Below, piece by piece: positions 55,701-64,000 of a DNA stretch of 64,000 bases. Position 1 is the stretch's first letter. Every line of letters starts with the position of its first letter. The position numbers and the translations under genes were made by a program. Source of the stretch: Eledone cirrhosa (Eukaryota); NCBI GenBank assembly GCA_964016885.1, contig OZ024744.1, forward strand, positions 118,358,001 through 118,422,000, read 5' to 3'. The notes under the pieces are model-generated. The model ran no database searches, was not told the origin of the DNA, and saw only the letters and a program-made list of their open reading frames with translations.

Positions 55701-58700
55701 AGAGGTTGACAGAAGCTGTACTGTCTGGAATGGGAGAGATATATACAGTGATATAGATAAGGAGATGAGGTACTGAGAGAGGCTGACAGAAGCTCTACTG
55801 TCTGGAATGGGAGAGATATATACAGTGATATAGATAAAGAGATGAGGTACTGAGAGAGGCTGACAGAAGCTCTACTGTCTGGAATGGGAGAGATATATAC
55901 AGTGATATAGATAAGGAGATGAGGTACTGAGAGAGGCTGACAGAAGCTCTACTGTCTGGAATGGGAGAGATATATACAGTGATATAAATAAGGAGATGAG
56001 GTACTGAGAGAGGCTGACAGAAGTTCTACTGTCAGGAATGGGAGAGATATATACAGTGATATAGATAAGGAGATGAGGTACTGAGAGAGGCTGACAGAAG
56101 CTCTTCTGTCTGGAATGGGAGAGCTATATACAGTGATATAGATAAGGAGATGAGGTACTGAGAGAGGCTGACAGAAGCCCTACTGTCTGGAATGGGAGAG
56201 ATATATACAGTGATATAGATAAGGAGATGAGGTACTGAGAGAGGCTGACAGAAGCTCTACTGTCTGGAATGGGAGAGATATATACAGTGATATAGATAAG
56301 GAGATGAGGTTCTGAGAGAGGCTGACAGAAGCTCTACTGTCTGGAATGGGAGAGATATATACAGTGATATAGATAAGGAGATGAGGTACTGAGAGAGGCT
56401 GACAGAAGCTCTACTGTCTGGAATGGGAGAGATATATACAGTGATATAGATAAGGAGATGAGGTACTGATAGAGGCTGACAGAAGCTCTACTGTCTGGAA
56501 TGGGAGAGATATATACAGTGATAAAGATAAGGAGATGAGGTACTGAGAGAGGCTGACAGAAGCTCTACTGTCTGGAATGGGAGAGATATATACAGTGATA
56601 TAGATAAGGAGATGAGGTACTGAGAGAGGCTGACAGAAGCTCTACTGTCTGGAATGGGAGAGATATATACAGTGATATAGATAAGGAGATGGGGTACTGA
56701 GAGAGGCTGACAGAAGCCCTACTGTCTGGAATGGGAGAGATATACACAGTGATATAGATAAGGAGATGAGGTACTGAGCGAGGTTGACAGAAGCCCTACT
56801 GTCTGGAATGGGAGAGATATATACAGTGATATAGATAAGATGAGGTACTGAGAGAGGCTGACAGAAGCTCTACCGTCTGGAATGGGAGAGATATATACAG
56901 TGATATAGATAAGGAGATGAGGTACTGAGAGAGTCTGACAGAAGTTCTACTGTCTGGAATGGGAGAGATATATACAGTGATATAGATAAGGAGATGAGGT
57001 ACTGAGAGAGGCTGACAGAAGTTCTACTGTCTGGAATGGGAGAGATATATACAGTGATATAGATAAGGAGATGAGGTACTGAGAGAGGCTGACAGAAGCT
57101 CTACTGTCTGGAATGGGAGAGATATATACAGTGATATAGATAAGGAGATGAGGTACTGAGAGAGGCTGACAGAAGTGCTACTGTCTGGAATGGGAGAGAT
57201 ATATACAGTGATATAGATAAGGAGATGAGGTACTGAGAGAAGCTGACAGAAGCTCTACTGTCTGGAATTGGAGAGATATATACAGTGATATAGATAAGGA
57301 GATGAGGTACTGAGAGAGGCTGACAGAAGCTCTACTGTCTGGAATGGGAGAGAGATATACAGTGATATAGATAAGGAGATGAGGTACTGAGAGAAGTTGA
57401 CAAAAGCTCTACTGTCTGGAATGGGAGAGATATATACAGTGATATAGATAAAGAGATGAGCTACTGAGAGAGGCTGACAGAAGTTCTACTGTCTGGAATG
57501 GGAGAGATATATACAGTGATATAGATAAGGAGATGGTGTACTGAGAGAGGTTGACAGAAGCTCTACTGTCTGGAATGGGAGAGATATATACAGTGATATA
57601 GATAAGGAGATGAGGGACTGAGAGAGGCTGACAGAAGCTCTACTGTCTGGAATGGGAGAGATATATACAGTGATATAGATAAGGAGATGGGGTATTGAGA
57701 GAGGCTGACAGAAGCTCTACTGTCTGGAATGGGAGAGATATATACAGTGATATAGATAAGATGAGGTACTGAGAGAAGCTGACAGAAGCTCTACTGTCTG
57801 GAATGGGAGAGATATATACAGTGATATAGATAAGGAGATGAGGTACTGAGAGAGGCTGACAGAAGTTCTACTGTCTGGAATGGGAGAGATATATACAGTG
57901 ATATAGATAAGGAGATGAGGTACTGAGAGAGGCTGACAAGTTCTACTGTCTGGAATGGGAGAGATATATACAGTGATATAGATAAGGAGATGAGGTACTG
58001 AGAGAGGCTGACAGAAGCTCTACTGTCTGGAATGGGAGAGATATATACAGTGATATAGATAAGGAGATGAGGTACTGAGAGAGGCTGACAGAAGCTCTAC
58101 TGTCTGGAATGGGAGAGATATATACAGTGATATAGATAAAGAGATGAGGTACTGAGAGAGGCTGACAGAAGCTCTACTGTCTGGAATGGGAGAGATATAT
58201 ACAGTGATACAGATAAGGAGATGAGGTACTGAGAGAGGCTGACAGAAGCTCTACTGTCTGGAATGGGAGAGATATATACAGTGATATAGATAAGGAGATG
58301 AGGTACTGAGAGAGGCTGACAGAAGCTCTACTGTCTGGAATGGGAGAGATATATACAGTGATATAGATAAGGAGATGAGGTACTGAGAGAGGTTGACAGA
58401 AGTTCTACTGTCTGGAATGGGAGAGATATATACAGTGATATAGATAAGGAGATGAGGTACTGAGAGAGGCTGAAAGAAGCTCTACTGTCTGGAATGGGAG
58501 AAATATATACAGTGATATAGATAAGGAGATGAGGTACTGAGAGAGGCTGACAGAAGCTCTTCTGTCTGGAATGGGAGAGATATATACAGTGATATAGATA
58601 AGGAGATGAGGTACTGAGCGAGGTTGACAGAAGCCCTACTGTCTGGAATGGGAGAGATATATACAGTGATAGATAAGGAGATGAGGTACTGAGAGAGGCT

Positions 58701-60126
58701 GACAGAAGTTCTACTGTCTGGAATGGGAGAGATATATACAGTGATAGAGATAAGGAGATGAGGTACTGAGAGAGGCTGACAGAAGTTCTACTGTCTGGAA
58801 TGGGAGAGATATATACAGTGATATAGATAAGGAGATGAGGGACTGAGAGAGGCTGACAGAAGCTCTACTGTCTGGAATGGGAGAGATATATACAGTGATA
58901 TAGATAAGTAGATGAGGTACTGAGAGAGGCTGACAGAAGTGCTACTGACTGGAATGGGAGAGATATATACAGTGATATAGATAAGGAGATGAGGTACTGA
59001 GAGAAGCTGACAGAAGCTCTACTGTCTGGAATTGGAGAGATATATACAGTGATATAGATAAGGAGATGAGGTACTGAGAGAGGCTGACAGAAGCTCTACT
59101 GTCTGGAATGGGAGAGATATATACAGTGATATAGATAAGGAGATGAGGTACTGAGAGAGGCTGACAGAAGCTCTACTGTCTGGAATGGGAGAGAGATATA
59201 CAGTGATAGAGATAAGGAGATGAGGTACTGAGAGAAGCTGACAGAAGCTCTACTGTCTGGAATGGGAGAGATATATACAGTGATATAGATAAGGAGATGG
59301 GGTACTGAGAGAGGCTGACAGAAGCTCTACTGTCTGGAATGGGAGAGATATATACAGTGATATAGATAAGGAGATGAGGTACTGAGAGAGGCTGACAGAA
59401 GCTCTACTGTCTGGAATGGGAGAGATATATACAGTGATATAGATAAGTAGATGAGGTACTGAGAAAGGCTGACAGAAGCTCTTCTGTCTGGAATGGGAGA
59501 GATATATACAGTGATATAGATAAGGAGATGGGGTACTGAGAGAGGCTGACAGAAGCTCTACTGTCTGGAATGGGAGAGATATATACAGTGATATAGATAA
59601 GGAGATGGGGTACTGAGAGAGGCTGACAGAAGCTCTACTGTCTGGAATGGGAGAGATATATACAGTGATATAGATAAGATGAGGTACTGAGAGAAGCTGA
59701 CAGAAGCTCTACTGTCTGGAATGGGAGAGATATATACAGTGATATAGATAAGGAGATGAGGTACTGAGAGAGGTTGACAGAAGCCCTACTGTCTGGAATG
59801 GGAGAGATATATACAGTGATATAGATAAGGAGATGAGGTACTGAGAGAGGCTGACAGAAGCACTACTGTCTGGAATGGGAGAGATATATACAGTGATATA
59901 GATAAGGAGATGAGGTACTGAGAGAGGCTGACAGAAGCTCTACTGTCTGGAATGGGAGAGATATATACAGTGATATAGATAAGGAGATGAGGTACTGAGA
60001 GAGGTTGACAGAAGCTCTACTGTCTGGAATGGGAGAGATATATACAGTGATATAGATAAGGAGATGAGGTACTGAGAGAGGCTGACAGAAGTTCAACTCC
60101 TTAATGGGAGAGATTTATACAGTGAT
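10664..60126 (+). repeat. Satellite/macro-VNTR array of a 77-bp monomer, about 640 head-to-tail copies; consensus aaggagatgaggtactgagagaggctgacagaagctctactgtctggaatgggagagatatatacagtgatatagat
   Basis: Period is 77 (10664 to 10741 and onward). No inversions or foreign insertions were seen by eye. Most copies differ from consensus by 0-3 changes, with occasional 2-3 bp deletions. Consensus composition A27 G25 C8 T17, no CpG. Confidence 0.99.
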
Positions 60127-60345
60127 TGATATACATGAGGAAGATACTAGGACTAACACCAAACTTTGCCATTGAGAGCTGGACCAATCTTCAAACAGGA
60201 CACCACAGTATAGTGCCAAAAGTCCCCAGCTCTTTAATAAGCTAGGGGATCTACATGATGTGCATGTAGATATTTCCAAGAAACATCTCAACATTCTAGA
60301 ACGCATGGCATGAGACGAAGTATAAACAGCGACAGTCTCTCTTAC
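60098..60345 (+). pseudogene. Continuation (3' end of ORF2) of the same CR1-group LINE
   Basis: It reads IYMRKILGLTPNFAIESWTNLQTGHHSIVPK..PQLFNKLGDLHDVHVDISKKHLNI. This is the type of sequence that follows 'YWERL..L.LYSLERRRERY.IIY.WKI' in such ORF2 C-termini (..GP.LFN.LP..FK..LD). Confidence 0.7.
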
Positions 60346-60483
60346 ATAAAGTGCCAACTGTAGAAAAATGGCAGTGCTCCAGCAAGCCCTTAGTCAGTTG
60401 GCTGGAACACGCAAACGAGATACATCAATCCTTCCCTCTCTCCCTCCATGCGTCTGACTCTCGAGAGAGATACACTCAAATAT

Positions 60484-60655
60484 ATAGAGAGAGACAATCA
60501 GACAGATAGATACAATACAAATGTAGAGAGAGAGATATATAGATATATAGATACGATACACCAATGCACAGATAGATAGATACACCAATACACAGACAGA
60601 TAGATAGATATATAGATACAATACACCAATACACAGATAGACATATAGACAGATA
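60484..60655. repeat. Compound (GATA)n/caccaatacaca microsatellite, left part
   Basis: gatagatacaccaatacacagacagatag units, the same as at 63587-64000. Confidence 0.9.
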
Positions 60656-62447
60656 TGTTTCTTTATTAGCCACAGGGGCTCAAAAGAAGGGGACAAATAC
60701 AAAGGGCGAAGTTTACATACAATAAAAACGTGTAAAATGCTGTCAGAAATGCAATTTAAAAAACAATCGATTTTCCCCAATAGGGGGAGACAGTTCATAT
60801 GGGTAACACATACCCCCAAAAAAATGTGCAACCCTCATCTCCAGGAGTACGAAGAGTTTGTACTCCTTTCCTCTCTTCCTCTTTTTCCTCAACCTGCAGG
60901 CTGATATAGAGAGAAGGCCCATTCACTCGGGCCATTCTCGCCACCTTCACCCACCTTTCATAAAACTTGCTGGGGTACAGCACCTCTCTCTCCATCCTGA
61001 TTCTTCTTCCAAAATTGTATTTGAAAAAAAGAACCAGTTGGCCGGAGAGAAAGGTGTCTGACCTCAGCCCTTTCAACCTTGTCCACCATACAACCTCTTT
61101 CGCCATAGCTATCACACAAAGGAAAACCGCCTCTCCTTCGTTTTTGAAGGAGAGTGGCAGTTTGATCATGACCATGGACTCGGTGGTCAACCGGATTGGT
61201 CCCACCCGCGACAATAGTCGTTCTACATAACCCCACAGGTCGGTAACGCCCGGGCAGCGTACGAATGCGGGTGCGACAGTTTCTTCGTCTCGCACAGATC
61301 TTTTTCGAAGGGTCCCTGCCCAGGCACCCGTGTCTGTAGAGCTTGTCTCGAACTGGTAGAGCTCCTCGGTAGCACTGCCAGGCCAGGGACTTTTGGAAGT
61401 TTTCCATCGGTCCCGAGCAGAAGGTCCTACCGAACAGACTGGCCAGTTGCTCTTCCTCTACGCCTAGTTTCTCCGAGCGCATCGTCGCACTTGTTGCGGA
61501 CCAACCCCCTATAGAATGACAAAGTGGAGTCTCCACTGATCGCCAGGTCCGCCTGCCAGAGGGCTGTGAGCGCCTGAGCATATTCGATGTGCCAGTCGCC
61601 CATTTTCCTCGGTCTTTGCTTGACCCAGGACTGCAGCTCGGTCAGCGAGACGAGTCGTGGGAATGCTCGCCTCACGAATGGGGCCCACACCGGTTGTCCA
61701 GTGAGGAACACGTGGAGCTGCCACAGCCTGAGCGCGTGTTTGTGCATCGTCAGCCACGGCATCCCCAGCCCTCCGTTTGAAGGGTGTTGGCAGCAGATGG
61801 ATCTTCTCACCAAAAGAGCCAGCTTCTTCCAAAGGAATTGGAAGAGCGTGCGCTCCATTTTGGTGAGCGTTTTGGCTGGACAAGGCACGACGGTCAAGCG
61901 GTAGTAGATGACGGACGCTATAAAAGTATTCGCCACCTCCGCTCAACCTTTCAAGGATAGTTTGCACTCGGCCCACTTCTGGGTGAGCGCAAACACCTTG
62001 GCCGTCACCTCCTTCCAGTTCTTTTCCACCTGGAGGTCCGGACCAAACCAGACCCCAAGCAGCTTTACCGGTCCTTCCGTCCAGCATGAGACCATGCCAT
62101 CGGAAGGCATCGGTTTACCTCTCCACGCTCTGAGTTGCAAACCGACGGATTTGTCCCGGTTGAGCTTCGCTCCTGTGAACCTTTCCTATTCCTTCAGTAA
62201 AGTGCCGACCTCCCCGATTTGCGAGGTGCTCGACACCATTACTGTCACGTCGTTGGCATAGGGCGACGCCACTTTTCGCAGTCCTGGTTCCAAAGGGATG
62301 CTCTGAAATAGCTCCAAACTCCGCAGTAGTGGCTCGAGAGTCAGTACGTACAGAAGGGAGGAGAGAGGGCATCCCTGTTGGATGGATCGCGTGATATGGA
62401 ACGGCTCCAAGAGATAGCCGTTCACCTTGACCCGATGTTGCTGCTGA
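60654..62447 (-). mobile_element. Tx1-like (L1-group) non-LTR retrotransposon copy A, 5'-truncated within RT, frameshifted
   Basis: Minus-strand peptides: RVKVNGYLLEPF..IQQGCPLSSLLYVLTLEPLL..PYANDVTV (YADD mutated, 62249-62260), PVKLLGVWFG, NTFIASVIYYRL, LVRRSICCQHPSNGGLGMP, zf-RVT-like LAWQCYRGALPVRDKLYRHG..EETVAPAFVRCP, ending ERWVKVARMARVNGPSL. The 3' UTR ends AATAAAGAAACATATCT. Confidence 0.9.
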
Positions 62448-62452
62448 TCGAT

Positions 62453-62716
62453 AGATATATTTCTATTTATTGCCACGAGGGCGCAAAAGAAGGGGGCAAA
62501 TACAAGGGGAGGGGGGAGGGAGTTTACACAAAAAGGTGAGTAAAGAAAACAAATAAATATAAAACAAATAAATATAAAATTAACAATAGAGTCCTCAATA
62601 GGGAGAAGGCGTTTTGGGGGGTCGCACACACACACCCGAAAAAAGGCTGATGTAGAGAGAAGGCCCATTCACACGGGCCATTCTCGCCACTTTCACCCAC
62701 CTTTCATAAAAACGAC
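62453..62716 (-). mobile_element. Tx1-like copy B, 3' end only (diverged subfamily)
   Basis: tttctatttattgccacgagggcgcaaaagaaggggcaaatacaa and gagaaggcccattcacacgggccattctcgccactttcacccacctttcataaaa are homologous to copy A's 3' UTR and ORF end. Confidence 0.85.
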
Positions 62717-62732
62717 TGATAGACAGATAGAT

Positions 62733-63192
62733 AGATATGTTTCTTTATTAGTCACAGGGGCACAAAAGAAGGGGACAAATACAAAGGGGGAAGTTTACAT
62801 ACAATAAAAATGTGTAAAATGCTATCCCAAATGTAATTTAAAAATTAATCGATTTTCCCCAATAGGGGGAGACATTTCATATGGATAACACATACCCCCG
62901 AAAAAAATGTGCAACCCTCATCTCCAGGAGTACGAAGAGTTTGTACTCCTTTCCTCTCTTCCTCCTCAACCTACAGGCTGATATAGAGAGAAGGCCTATT
63001 CACTCGGGCCATTCTCGCCACATTCACCCACCTTTCATAAAACTTGCTGGGGTACACCTCTCTCTCCATCCTGATTCTTCTTCCAAAGTGGTATTTGAAA
63101 AAAAAGAATCAGTTGTTGGCCGGAGAGAAAGGTGTCTGACCTCAGCCCTTTCAACCTTGTCCACCATACAACCTCTTTCGTTCGCCATAGCT
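62733..63192 (-). mobile_element. Tx1-like copy C, 3' ~460 bp, close relative of copy A
   Basis: Aligns closely by eye with 60651-61110 (e.g. caaccctcatctccaggagtacgaagagtttgtactcctttcctctcttcc). Confidence 0.92.
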
Positions 63193-63196
63193 AGCT

Positions 63197-63206
63197 AAAT
63201 AGATAA

Positions 63207-63248
<42 letters not shown>
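63197..63248. repeat. (GATA)n microsatellite between copies C and D
   Basis: Direct reading. Confidence 0.95.
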
Positions 63249-63249
<1 letters not shown>

Positions 63250-63587
63250 TATTTCTTTATTGGCCACAAGGGCGCACAAGAAAAGGGGACAATACAAAGA
63301 CATGCCGGGGATTTTACATACAGTCGTGTAAAAAAATTATAAAACAAACAATTATAACAATCGAAATCCCCAATAGGGAGGAGACGCCACAAATGGGTTG
63401 TTTAATACCCCGTCGATAGAACAACCCTCAACTTCAGGAGCGTGTTGTGCAAGTGCTCCCTTCTTCCTTTTGCTCTCTTCTTTAACCTACAGGCTTATAA
63501 ACAGAGAAGGCCCAATCACTTGGGCCATTTTCGCTTCATTCACCCCACCTTTCAGTAAATTTACTGGGGGTGCAGTGCCTCTCTCGG
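63245..63587 (-). mobile_element. Tx1-like copy D, 3' end only (most diverged)
   Basis: tttctttattggccacaagggcgcacaagaaaaggggacaatac, ccccaataggg and gagaaggcccaatcacttgggccattttcgc are homologous to copies A-C. Peptide GVNEAKMAQVIGPSLFISL versus WVKVARMARVNGPSLYISL in copy A. Confidence 0.85.
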
Positions 63588-64000
63588 ATAGATAGATAGA
63601 TACACCGATACACAGACAGACAGATAGATAGATACACCAATACACAGACAGATAGATAGATACAATACACCAATAGATAGATAGATAGATACACCAATAC
63701 ACAGACAGATAGATAGATACAATACACCAATAGATAGATAGATAGATACAATACACCAATAGATAGATAGATAGATACAATACACCAATACACAGACAGA
63801 TAGATAGATACACCAATACACAGACAGATAGATAGATACAATACACCAATAGATAGATAGATACACCAATACACAGACAGATAGATAGATACAATACACC
63901 AATAGATAGATAGATACACCAATACACAGACAGATAGATAGGTAGATAGATACACCAATACACAGACAGATAGATAGATAGATACAATACACCAATACAC
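63587..64000. repeat. Compound (GATA)n/caatacaccaatacacagaca microsatellite, right part, running off the window
   Basis: Direct reading. Confidence 0.95.

Noticed and set aside
21920-60096. Many 60-93 aa minus-strand ORFs (MSFCQPLSVPHLLIY...) as a tandem gene family
   Set aside because: They arise because 3x77 = 231 nt cycles through all frames. Their starts are TTG/ATG codons created by point variants. They are useful only as markers of duplication.
10664-60126. CRISPR-like array (conserved repeat with a variable segment)
   Set aside because: There are no unique spacers; differences are point variants within whole-unit tandem copies. There are no cas genes and the context is eukaryotic.
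60795-62668. Active retrotransposon ORF2
   Set aside because: It is 5'-truncated, split over several frames, and has YADD mutated to YAND and the zinc-knuckle His apparently lost.
63487-64000. YLSIYL-rich ORFs
   Set aside because: Translation of the (TATC)n compound microsatellite.

Overview
Eukaryotic, AT-rich, repeat-only DNA with no intact host gene. The interspersed repeats look like those I recall from octopus/cephalopod genomes (recall, not a search). About 49.4 kb (10664-60126) is one head-to-tail array of a 77-bp monomer, about 640 copies. The array sits inside a decayed CR1-group LINE: ORF1/endonuclease/RT remnants run into its left edge, the monomer is itself a piece of the ORF2 C-terminus, and the LINE resumes at the right edge. 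The array shows nested block duplications (about 1.1, 3.15, 3.3, 4.7 and 12 kb). The left 10 kb holds three more minisatellites (56, ~93, 33 bp); the 33-bp one is grown from the catalytic motif of an RLE-type (Hero/R2-group) retrotransposon. It also holds a dead mariner transposase, SINE fragments and probable Helentron-type elements. The right 4 kb has four 5'-truncated Tx1-like (L1-group) retrotransposons, all in the same orientation inside a (GATA)n microsatellite, which suggests microsatellite-targeted insertion.
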